Positions 35,681 through 44,221 of a stretch of DNA of 64,000 nucleotides are shown here, piece after piece. The position numbers and the translations under genes are program-made. The notes below the pieces were generated by a model. That model had not been told where the DNA came from, did not search any database, and saw only the letters and a list, made by a program, of their open reading frames with translations. Source of the stretch: Methanobacteriota archaeon (GTDB taxonomy: Archaea > Thermoplasmatota > Poseidoniia > Poseidoniales > Thalassarchaeaceae); assembly GCA_002722595.1 (NCBI GenBank), contig PBMO01000003.1:11588-75587 (forward strand), in the 5' to 3' direction. Every line of letters begins with the position of its first letter. Position 1 is the stretch's first letter.

Positions 35681-36542
35681 TCCCATCGATTTTTGTTGAA
35701 AGTGTCGAAATTGCGGGGATTAATCTCTCAATGATATCCGCGTGCCAATCGGGAATCCCATCCATGGATTCTGAACGCGCAAAAAGAAGTGGCCATCGCC
35801 CCATAGAGGGTGGCCATAACTCAACTTTACCGGGTAAATTGAGTGAGAATGGTTTGGGATTATTCGCCCATTCCATATCTTCTGCTAGGTGTGAAAGTGC
35901 ACCTCTTGAAGAATTGCAAAGTGCCACTGTTCTCAAACCATCCAAACGATTTGCCTCTTTTTCATCTGGCCGATCTAATTCTCCAGGTGGGGCTCGCTCG
36001 AAAAGAAGGAAGCCACGCGGTGAGAAATGTTGATTCCAACCAACTCCCAGAAATAGGGTGAACAAAGAGCACCATTCAGCTGGAGCACGAACGTACCAAC
36101 CCCACCTATCGGCCTTGTTGTCAACCTCAAGATGCCACGTCCACTCCGGAAGTAAGGACTCAACCCGCCTGCGAATTTCAGACAATAATGCCCGATTTTC
36201 CACCACTGATTCCCCATAATTTTCAGAAGGTTGCCCGATTCTATTGGAAATCCATTCAGCCAAATCGGAATCCATGCAGGCAGGAGAAAGTGACCATCGA
36301 TGGACCCCCAATCTCTCAGGGCCCTCATTCATCTTTACACTCTGTTTAGTCCATCTATGAATCGAATCGGCATCATTTCCTGCACCGATAATAAATGAAA
36401 TTCTATCATCTTCTAAGTGTATTTGTTGAGGCGTTGCTTTGACTCGTAACTCGCCTTCAGGTTGTGGTTCATGACCCCCTTCAAGTGGATGGTCGTCGAA
36501 ATCAATCTCTTCCCATAACCTTGCGAAAAGTCGGCCCTCCAT
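35667..36542 (-). CDS. Hypothetical protein (291 aa), last gene of the minus-strand glycan operon.
   Basis: It has an ATG start 24 nt downstream of the preceding gene and is Trp-rich and soluble. I recognised no family. Its 3' end overlaps the convergent kinase gene by 14 nt. Confidence 0.6.
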   Translation of the reverse strand: MEGRLFARLWEEIDFDDHPLEGGHEPQPEGELRVKATPQQIHLEDDRISFIIGAGNDADSIHRWTKQSVKMNEGPERLGVHRWSLSPACMDSDLAEWISNRIGQPSENYGESVVENRALLSEIRRRVESLLPEWTWHLEVDNKADRWGWYVRAPAEWCSLFTLFLGVGWNQHFSPRGFLLFERAPPGELDRPDEKEANRLDGLRTVALCNSSRGALSHLAEDMEWANNPKPFSLNLPGKVELWPPSMGRWPLLFARSESMDGIPDWHADIIERLIPAISTLSTKIDGISWH

Positions 36543-36566
36543 GGTTGGCGGAAACAGTGATGAGAC

Positions 36567-38000
36567 TTAATCCATCACAGAAAGGGGTGGGATAGGATTA
36601 TCGGATAATCTCTGAAGCAGAATCTCCTTGCATGTTGATCGATTTAGAGGTGCATTTGATAGTAAAATCGACCAAATTTCCTCCGTCCACTCTGCAAAAT
36701 CAACTGCCCATTGATACGAACCGATGATGAATTCTGTGTGTTCACAAACAGGAAGGGATTCAGCCTCTGCTAAATGGCTACGAGCCATAGCAGAAGCCAA
36801 TGCGCGTTCTGATTTTAGCAAATCTTCCATACCATTCTCCGCCACTGTGTTTGCGATATGTGCACATGCTCCAGGTACAAAGTTGTCGTCTCGAAACCAA
36901 TTCTCAGCAGGCATCCAATATTGATTATTGAGTAATCGCCAAACATCAAGATATCTAAGACGTAGGATTAATTCAGGACTTTTCTCGAAAAGTCCCTGCG
37001 CTTCTTTTGGTATGCCGTTGTCTGATAGCCAATCACTGAGGACATCGGAAACATCACAATGTGGATCTTTAGTTAAGGCAATAGCTGCATGCAAATTCAT
37101 ATCTGCCCATAATTCACTCTTGGCATGACGTTTTGACCAACCACCCCCTAGTGGAAGAACCCAACTTCCAACCCAATCTAATGGCTGTTTATTTGCGAGA
37201 CCTGTTCTCCCTCTTTCACCACATTCTACTGGGCCCTGGCTCCATTCAATACCCTGCCAATTCGGCAATATACCGATAAATTCATACTCACGTTCGCATT
37301 GAAATTCAATCAGCCTAGGAGGTCCTTCGTTCTGTATGGTCGGATTCCAAGGTTGATGGCGCCAATAATCAGTCATTGTGTGCTTAACTGATACGAAAAA
37401 TCGAGGATCTCCTGCCCATTTTTTTAGAACCTTAGCTTGTAAATTACGATTTGCATGGATCCCATCCTCGCCTAAATCCCAAAGCCTTAGAATACAGCGT
37501 TTACCCATCTCACGACAAACAACTGTTTCAAGGAATTCTATCACTTTCCTCCTTCGCGTAATTTCATCGATTGATGAACAATCAATACACTGACACTTCA
37601 ATAAATCAATGCGTTTGTAATTAGAATCTGGACTGCTAAAAGTTTCACCATAACGGAAAACCATGCCGCGAATACTTGGAACTTTTTCGATAACATCTCT
37701 GATTGCCTTTGCAGTAGCCTCCCAACTACTCTCTTTCCCAGGGCAACCTGCTTCAGAATCCACAGGTAGTGTGAATAGGTCGTCCATTAGCCATACTCCT
37801 AAACCTGCATCACCGGCAGCATTTATTCGCGAAATCAGAGATTCATTCATTCCATACAAACATCCACTCATTTGGTCTGCAATGACCACGTCAGTGAATC
37901 CCAATCTCAACAAACGCTCAGGCGAACGATAATCGGTTTCCAGACTCTCATGTAAAGGTGAATCGTGGACGTATGAGATAATCATCCGCTTTTCGGACAT
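36567..38000 (-). CDS. Hypothetical cytosolic protein, possibly a divergent TIM-barrel glycoside hydrolase (GH67/GH115 alpha-glucuronidase-like).
   Basis: SVKHTMTDYWRHQPWNP and LIEFQCEREYEFIG resemble the GH67 K-x-G-P-x-DFQ-x-REP and EFQITQEYxG motifs. IRGMVFRYGETFSSPDS resembles FGGFLVKADSEGxPGP. The ATG at 38000 (MSEKRM) lies 2 nt after the upstream stop. The listed start at 38030 overlaps the upstream gene. Confidence 0.6.
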   Translation of the reverse strand: MSEKRMIISYVHDSPLHESLETDYRSPERLLRLGFTDVVIADQMSGCLYGMNESLISRINAAGDAGLGVWLMDDLFTLPVDSEAGCPGKESSWEATAKAIRDVIEKVPSIRGMVFRYGETFSSPDSNYKRIDLLKCQCIDCSSIDEITRRRKVIEFLETVVCREMGKRCILRLWDLGEDGIHANRNLQAKVLKKWAGDPRFFVSVKHTMTDYWRHQPWNPTIQNEGPPRLIEFQCEREYEFIGILPNWQGIEWSQGPVECGERGRTGLANKQPLDWVGSWVLPLGGGWSKRHAKSELWADMNLHAAIALTKDPHCDVSDVLSDWLSDNGIPKEAQGLFEKSPELILRLRYLDVWRLLNNQYWMPAENWFRDDNFVPGACAHIANTVAENGMEDLLKSERALASAMARSHLAEAESLPVCEHTEFIIGSYQWAVDFAEWTEEIWSILLSNAPLNRSTCKEILLQRLSDNPIPPLSVMD

Positions 38001-38002
38001 CC

Positions 38003-39031
38003 CTACAGCTCCAGAGCAACTAATTCCCAATCGTGCTCAGCAAATGCTGGAGTTGCTCGCTCCATGAACTCGTCGTCTGGAATAATGCCAATAATAGCAC
38101 CTCCAGACCCTGGTTGCTTCGCACAGGAGCCAAGGCTCCTAGCCAATTTGACCATTTCCAAGTTTTTACCGAGGGCTTCTTCCCCAAATAACTCAGTGCG
38201 GAGATCAAAATTACGATCTATTTCTCTGGATAAAGCTGCCATATCTCCTGCAACGAGGGCTTCTTTACCTCGATGAGCGCACCAAGCTAATTCGTTTACA
38301 ACACGTACCATGACCGGTTCCTGCTCCGCCCACCTTTGAGGAAGGTCTGCGTGTACCTTACCTGATTCGATTCCAGTACCCCCGTGTGCCATCCACATTG
38401 TAGGGAGTAATGACTCTTCCAAATGGGAATAAGCCCCCCAACCGCGTCCAATCATCAGTTCTTCACGGAAATCCATGTGCAACATTTTGTTGTAGGCTTG
38501 TGGCAATCGATCTTGGAGACCTGCATGAATACCCAACCTATCAGTTTCTACCTTTAGCACCATATCAGCAACGGCATGAGGTTGTAATGCAGTTCCCAAA
38601 CCGTGATGTGTGAGAAGGCAACGAATCACAGATGTTACAATCGCAGATGACCCGGCTAATCCAACCTGACGAGGGATATTTGTATCGAGTTTAAGTTTGA
38701 ATCCACTCGACTCCATAGCAAGTCCACTAGATACACATTCATCTTGGAAATGGATGATTGAGGCCAGCACCAAACGATAGAGGCCGTCCTCACTCAAATC
38801 AGGTGGATTTGCTGACAAATCCGACATGGATTTGTATTCCCGTTCATCACCTCCACAATCAAGTTGTAGTGAAAAATCCCAACGATTCTCATGAGGAGTA
38901 AGCACACATCGTGCGCGCCAATTATTTGCTAGGGCGGAGATGCATTGGCCATTGTATCCATCAGAGGGGTTCCCAAGAAGTCCAATCCTAGCTGGAATTG
39001 AGCAATAAACGGCCTCGGCGCCTCTGCGCAT
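38003..39031 (-). CDS. GHMP-family sugar-1-kinase, glucuronokinase-like.
   Basis: ARIGLLGNPSDGYNGQCISALANNW resembles the plant glucuronokinase N-terminus as I remember it. GLAGSSAIVTSV is GHMP motif II. PGSGGA is motif III. Confidence 0.75.
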   Translation of the reverse strand: MRRGAEAVYCSIPARIGLLGNPSDGYNGQCISALANNWRARCVLTPHENRWDFSLQLDCGGDEREYKSMSDLSANPPDLSEDGLYRLVLASIIHFQDECVSSGLAMESSGFKLKLDTNIPRQVGLAGSSAIVTSVIRCLLTHHGLGTALQPHAVADMVLKVETDRLGIHAGLQDRLPQAYNKMLHMDFREELMIGRGWGAYSHLEESLLPTMWMAHGGTGIESGKVHADLPQRWAEQEPVMVRVVNELAWCAHRGKEALVAGDMAALSREIDRNFDLRTELFGEEALGKNLEMVKLARSLGSCAKQPGSGGAIIGIIPDDEFMERATPAFAEHDWELVALEL

Positions 39032-39086
39032 AACCTCTCGACGAAGTTCACGGGTATCTTATTTCCTCTAACACCTCGCCACACAC

Positions 39087-39794
39087 ATGGCGGGGCCAAA
39101 TCAAGTCAATTGGGCTGTTATCCCAGCAGCAGGACTTGGAACAAGAATGTCTGAAAACGCAGTACTGGGGTGCAAAGAACTGATAGAGATCAAAGGAAAA
39201 ACGATGCTTGAGCACACCATTGAAGAACTGGAAATCGCTGGATTTGAACAAATTGTAGTTGTTTCTTCGCCCAACAAGCCAGCCATCGATGAAGTACTCT
39301 CAGAAAGAGGAGTAGAAATTGTTCATCAGGACGAACCAAATGGGTTAGTTGATGCCGTTAATTGTGCACGAAACATTACAGGTAGGGGGCCTTGTATGAT
39401 TGCTCTTCCTGATGTCATGTTCCCAGATACAAATCCTTCCGCTAGACTGCTCGCAGACTATTCTGGTGAAACGCTACTTGCAGTAGTTCGAGTGGAAAAA
39501 CCCTGGGGTTTACAACTCAAAGATACAGGAAGGATTACCAAGATGGAAGGTCGTAAAATTCTCGAGATTTCAGACAAGCACCCTGAGAAGGATTTTCCAA
39601 TCGGAGAATTACGAATTACTGGCCGTGCTATTTGGACTGAAGCATTCTGGGAATTCAATGATGATAACGAAATTTCGACATTACGCAAGTTGGCTTCGGA
39701 GCAAAAATTATTGTATTCTCATGTAGAAACAGAATACATAGATGTAGGTAACCCTAAAGGTTACCAGTATGCACAATCTATTTTCAATCGATGA
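39087..39794 (+). CDS. Sugar-1-phosphate nucleotidyltransferase (GalU/RmlA-like NDP-sugar pyrophosphorylase).
   Basis: It has the AVIPAAGLGTRM signature, KELIEIKGKTML and a 235-aa GT-A-like fold length. Confidence 0.8.
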   Translation: MAGPNQVNWAVIPAAGLGTRMSENAVLGCKELIEIKGKTMLEHTIEELEIAGFEQIVVVSSPNKPAIDEVLSERGVEIVHQDEPNGLVDAVNCARNITGRGPCMIALPDVMFPDTNPSARLLADYSGETLLAVVRVEKPWGLQLKDTGRITKMEGRKILEISDKHPEKDFPIGELRITGRAIWTEAFWEFNDDNEISTLRKLASEQKLLYSHVETEYIDVGNPKGYQYAQSIFNR

Positions 39795-40617
39795 GGATTC
39801 GGCCTCCAACCTCTGGAACGACAAAGGCTTGTTCTGGAGCTCTTTGAACTATTTCATCAACAAAAATTTGTGGGTTGACTGTGTTGCCTGGATCCATCCC
39901 ATAGTGCATAGGGACTATCAATTTCGGATTCAAAGCCAAAGCCAAATCTACAGCCTCATCGTGGCGTAGGTTGTCATTGCCATTTATGCATGCGAAGACT
40001 AGGTCGTAGTGCTTCGAAGCATTTTGCAATGCCTCATGCCAGCCGGGATACGGTCGACTATCGCCCATGTGTAGCACGGTAGAGTCTCCAAACTTTACCA
40101 CATAACCAAGGTACCAAGCCCCATCCTCATTGACGTCGAGTTCTTCATGTGCGGCTGGAATCGCATGGATTTGGATATCTCCAATCATCTTGGAATCCGA
40201 ACCAAGCATGGAAATAATACGGCTCTGTTCAATTCCCCATCCTGTAAGCAAATCGACGGAACGATTAGGCACGACGAAACGCAGGTTAGGGAAATGTGTG
40301 GCTAGTCGAGGAATCGATTCCGGGCAGATATGATCATCATGCCAGTGGGTACAGAGTACCAAATCAGGTTCTGGATGCTCTTCGGGTTTCAGTGGGAACT
40401 CACCAAGTAACTTCCCCCATCGATCACCTGCAAACAAATCTCTCCACCATGGATCAATAAGGATAAGGGGTCCGTTCTGGAAACGTACCATCCATGATGC
40501 TTGTGTTAACCACCACGCTGCAATGGGGGACTCTATGGAAGATTCCATCTGTGCTTTCAGTTCTGCTCCTCTGCATATCGGTTGAGTACGGTGTTCGGGA
40601 ACTGCCCATTCTGCCAT
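39784..40617 (-). CDS. Metallo-beta-lactamase-fold hydrolase (UlaG-like; possible lactonase).
   Basis: It has LILIDPW and CTHWHDDH (HxHxDH), with later His/Asp ligands (AAHE, HMGDS, PMHYG). The listed ORF begins at GTG 40635. The first ATG is at 40617. Confidence 0.8.
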   Translation of the reverse strand: MAEWAVPEHRTQPICRGAELKAQMESSIESPIAAWWLTQASWMVRFQNGPLILIDPWWRDLFAGDRWGKLLGEFPLKPEEHPEPDLVLCTHWHDDHICPESIPRLATHFPNLRFVVPNRSVDLLTGWGIEQSRIISMLGSDSKMIGDIQIHAIPAAHEELDVNEDGAWYLGYVVKFGDSTVLHMGDSRPYPGWHEALQNASKHYDLVFACINGNDNLRHDEAVDLALALNPKLIVPMHYGMDPGNTVNPQIFVDEIVQRAPEQAFVVPEVGGRILID

Positions 40618-40654
40618 GACGTTGCGAACCCTCACAGGACCTTCAGGTTACCCT

Positions 40655-40689
40655 CGCGTGAGCGCACGCGCTTGAGGCGAAGCCTCAAG
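40655..40689 (+). promoter_or_regulatory. Two adjacent perfect GC-rich hairpins in the divergent intergenic region, 25 nt upstream of the M28-MFS start codon.
   Basis: The first hairpin is cgcgtg-agcg-cacgcg (40655-40670). It is followed directly by cttgagg-cgaag-cctcaag (40671-40689). Confidence 0.4.
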
Positions 40690-40713
40690 ATGACTACCTG
40701 AGTCGGAAAAGCG

Positions 40714-43323
40714 ATGTCTCGCAGTAGGAAGCACTCCGTGCTACTCATACTCACCCTACTGCTGACCGCGTTATTGCCAGGAGAAATCGTGCCTGTTGAG
40801 TTGCAGCAAGAAACACCACCGGCTTGGCCAGAAGGAAGCAATGCATACGATAATATGGTCTCAATGGCGGATTTTGGTTATCGGCAAATCGACTCGACTG
40901 CAAACATCAATGCTCGAAATTGGATTGCGAGTGAACTTGAGTCCATGGGTTACGAAGTTGAACGGCAACCATTCACTTCAGAAGTCTGCAACAATTGCGA
41001 AAACATCGTCGTCACCATCAATGGGACATTAGAGGATGACTGGCGAGTTGTTGGAGCACATCACGATGCTATATGTTACACCACGATACCTGTTGGATTG
41101 ACTTATCCTGGTTGCACGAATACTGGTGCTTACGATGATGGAACGGGTTCAGGTGCCCTTCTAGAATTGGCAAGAACGTTTGCGGAATGGGATGGTACAC
41201 CATTGCATACCTGGAAATTAGGTTGGTGGGATTACGAAGAATGGCAGGGTGCCAATAGCCCCGAAGGAGGTGGTAAAGGTAGTCTTCACTTTGTTGAAAA
41301 CATTCCAGACGATGTCAATGTCACGTATCTCAATCTCGATATGTTTGCACTAAATTGGCCAGTCCCCACACCCTTGGCCAGTCAACTCTCAGGATGTGAT
41401 GAGGAATTCTGGACGCTGTACATGTTTACCTCGCCCGTCGATGATTGGTCCTATTACGAAAATGAAGGACTTGATGTCACTGATGAGATGATCACAAATG
41501 CAGAATGGTTCCAAGGCCATCTCAAAGAAATCAATGCCAACCTATCCCATCCAGAAGAATGGGTAAGGGTTATTGATGATACGAAGGGTAATTCGGATCA
41601 TTACAACTTCATCATGCACAACCATACCGCGACTTGGCTCCGTGGTCAACATCAGTATATCCATGAGGAAGGAGATACATGCGAACAAACTCCGAAGCAT
41701 TCTCAGACAGATTCTGTGACCACAGTCAACACATTGGCTGGTGGAAGAGCCAATGTCGAAGCTGGGCTTCAAACTGGACTTGACGTGGTTGCAACGATGG
41801 CTTGGTGGGACTGGAACTCGACGGCCTCAGAAACTGATGGAGAGGGTGGCGAAAAAGCGGTAGAAGGAATGGGTCAAATATCGATGTTTTTCTTCCTTCC
41901 TTGGCTCATTGGCCTGCTCTGCTTAGTAGGATTTATCACAGTACGCAGAGACCAATTCCAACTTGGATTTATCATCGAAGAGGAGGCGATTGATCATAAA
42001 CCTGAAACTGTGACTTTGACGTCTGGAAACTCATTGGTTGAGAGTTATCGCTCTAGAGTAATCACATTGTGTGTATTGTACATCGCTCAAGGAATTCCGT
42101 GGGGATTCATCACAGTGACCTTTGTCACATTCCTCGCTGTCGAAGGAGTCTCAGCAGGCATGATTGCAGACCTTCTTCTGGTGGGGACCTTACCTTGGAC
42201 ATTCAAGTTCTTGTGGGGGCCAGTAATTGATAGATTCCAATATCGACCCATGGGGAGACGTCGTCCTTGGATTTTGTTTGCCGAAGCGGGAATGATACTC
42301 ACTCTATCTCTAATCCTATTCATCCCTGATCCCAGTTCAAACTTCACTGCAGTAGTTGGTGTGTTTCTAGTGTACAATATTTTCACTTCTCTGCAAGATG
42401 TCAGCACCGATGCCTTGGCTGTTGATATCCTTCGTTCTGATGAATTTGAAAAAGTCAACAGTTACATGTTTAGTTCGAAACTGGTTGGTGGTATGATTGG
42501 CGGAGCAGGCCTTGGTACAATCATTGGTTTCGTTGGCATAAAAGGCGCGATTTTACTCCAAATTCCAATACTCTTGCTGATTATGATGGCGCCTTTATTG
42601 ATGACGGAGCGACCCGGAGATATTCGATTTCCTTGGAGTAAATCAAAGCGTGAAATATGGTCTGAAGAGAAGGAAGAAGAGCGCAACTTCTTCCAAATTC
42701 TCTCAAACATTCGCACCGCATTTTCACTACGCTCAGCTCAACTTGGAATTGTATTGAGTTTGTCGAAATCACTGTCGTTCTTTTTGATTCCCATTTTGCC
42801 GATTCTATTTGTACAAGAGTTAGGTTGGAGCGAGGAAGGTTTCAACGCCACAAAGGGTGGTTTGTTGGTGCTTATTTTGATGTCAGGTTACATTGTAGGT
42901 GGGCAATTGGGCAAGATCTTCGGAGGAAAAGCCATCATCATTTACTCCACTTTAGCAATGGCGATGATTAGCATTTTTTGGGCATCCACCGAATCACTAT
43001 GGGAAAATCGAATCTTCTTGGTTTCAATTTGGTCAATCCACACATTCTGTCAGGGCATGGCTTACATCAATATCTTCTCACTAATGATGAAAATCACTTG
43101 GCCCGAAGTGGGTGGGACACAGTTTACCGCCTATATGGCGATGATGAATCTTTCAGCCGTAATTGGTTACAGCCTAACTGAACCCTTTGCAAAACGATTC
43201 GATTATTCATCAATGATTCTACTCGGTGCAGTCCTTGAATCAATCATCATCCTCTGTGTAATGTTCATCGACCCCGATGAAACACGCCGGGTTCTTGGTA
43301 CAGGGACAACTGAAAAATCTTGA
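40714..43323 (+). CDS. Fusion protein: signal peptide plus extracytoplasmic M28-family metallo-aminopeptidase domain (about 380 aa), joined to an AmpG/PAT-type MFS permease (about 12 TM).
   Basis: The peptidase half has VVGAHHDA, GAYDDGTGSGALLELART and WWDYEEWQG (M28 metal ligands). The permease half has LYIAQGIPWGF, LPWTFKFLWGPVIDRF and GRRRPWILF (AmpG family). Confidence 0.8.
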   Translation: MSRSRKHSVLLILTLLLTALLPGEIVPVELQQETPPAWPEGSNAYDNMVSMADFGYRQIDSTANINARNWIASELESMGYEVERQPFTSEVCNNCENIVVTINGTLEDDWRVVGAHHDAICYTTIPVGLTYPGCTNTGAYDDGTGSGALLELARTFAEWDGTPLHTWKLGWWDYEEWQGANSPEGGGKGSLHFVENIPDDVNVTYLNLDMFALNWPVPTPLASQLSGCDEEFWTLYMFTSPVDDWSYYENEGLDVTDEMITNAEWFQGHLKEINANLSHPEEWVRVIDDTKGNSDHYNFIMHNHTATWLRGQHQYIHEEGDTCEQTPKHSQTDSVTTVNTLAGGRANVEAGLQTGLDVVATMAWWDWNSTASETDGEGGEKAVEGMGQISMFFFLPWLIGLLCLVGFITVRRDQFQLGFIIEEEAIDHKPETVTLTSGNSLVESYRSRVITLCVLYIAQGIPWGFITVTFVTFLAVEGVSAGMIADLLLVGTLPWTFKFLWGPVIDRFQYRPMGRRRPWILFAEAGMILTLSLILFIPDPSSNFTAVVGVFLVYNIFTSLQDVSTDALAVDILRSDEFEKVNSYMFSSKLVGGMIGGAGLGTIIGFVGIKGAILLQIPILLLIMMAPLLMTERPGDIRFPWSKSKREIWSEEKEEERNFFQILSNIRTAFSLRSAQLGIVLSLSKSLSFFLIPILPILFVQELGWSEEGFNATKGGLLVLILMSGYIVGGQLGKIFGGKAIIIYSTLAMAMISIFWASTESLWENRIFLVSIWSIHTFCQGMAYINIFSLMMKITWPEVGGTQFTAYMAMMNLSAVIGYSLTEPFAKRFDYSSMILLGAVLESIIILCVMFIDPDETRRVLGTGTTEKS

Positions 43324-43593
43324 TTACAGATATTCCTCAAGATGATCAGAACCACCGACAAAAATGGGTTTTTCGCCACGTATATCGAATACAACTGGGA
43401 CTGTGCGGTGGCCGGTCATCGCTACAAATTCCATCCTCAATTCTGCGTCGTGCTGTACATTGACCTCGGTCCAAGACAATTTGTGTCCGTCAAGAAAGCG
43501 CTTGGCCTTGAAACAGTAGGGGCAGACATTTGTGCTGACGATGAAGAAATCTGCATCCGCACGGTTCAGCATTGCCATTGCTCGCTCGGCCAT
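43324..43593 (-). CDS. grx: Glutaredoxin / NrdH-like redoxin.
   Basis: It is 89 aa with a CPYC active site, TVPVVF and GGSD motifs. Confidence 0.8.
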   Translation of the reverse strand: MAERAMAMLNRADADFFIVSTNVCPYCFKAKRFLDGHKLSWTEVNVQHDAELRMEFVAMTGHRTVPVVFDIRGEKPIFVGGSDHLEEYL

Positions 43594-43618
43594 GGACGTC
43601 GTAACACGTTGCCCTTCA

Positions 43619-44212
43619 TCAATCGTTGTTTGCGATTCCGGCAGTTATTCGTATCCAATCAATCAATGCTTGTTGTTGAGAAAGATTCACCATGTGACCC
43701 TTTTGATGGCGAAGAGTTGTAACATTCCATCCGGCATCTTGGAAAATACTGACTGTTTCATCAGCCTGCCACATAGGGACGATGTGATCGGATTCACCAT
43801 GCATCGATATCATTCGTTTTGGTTCGATTCCTTGAAGGGCTATGCGTAAATCCATTGGCCTAGCTGTTTTCCCGGCGATAACAATGATTCCAAGGATATT
43901 ATCCCGATTTGGTGTTAACAACAATTCTTGAGCCAAGGCACTTCCTTGACTAAAACCACCAACAATCAAAGGGCCCTCTGGGATTTGATTCTCCAATGAT
44001 GCCAGACTCAAATCCACTTGACTACAGGCATCTGAATCTAAGGGTGTGTCGGGGGGAGCATTGCGTATCCACCAACCAAAACCTCTTTCCGGATGTGAAA
44101 AAGGGCCTTGGGGTAGCAATATATCCCAACCCGGAGGGCATAGGGTTTCTGCTAATGGATGAATCATATCAGGAGTTCCAGTTAGGCCATGGAGCAGGAC
44201 CAGTGTGCCCAT
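43619..44212 (-). CDS. Phospholipase/carboxylesterase-family alpha/beta hydrolase.
   Basis: It has LVLLHGLTG, a GFSQGSALA nucleophile elbow, MHGESDHIVP and GH near the C-terminus. Confidence 0.8.
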   Translation of the reverse strand: MGTLVLLHGLTGTPDMIHPLAETLCPPGWDILLPQGPFSHPERGFGWWIRNAPPDTPLDSDACSQVDLSLASLENQIPEGPLIVGGFSQGSALAQELLLTPNRDNILGIIVIAGKTARPMDLRIALQGIEPKRMISMHGESDHIVPMWQADETVSIFQDAGWNVTTLRHQKGHMVNLSQQQALIDWIRITAGIANND

Positions 44213-44221
44213 ATCAAAACC

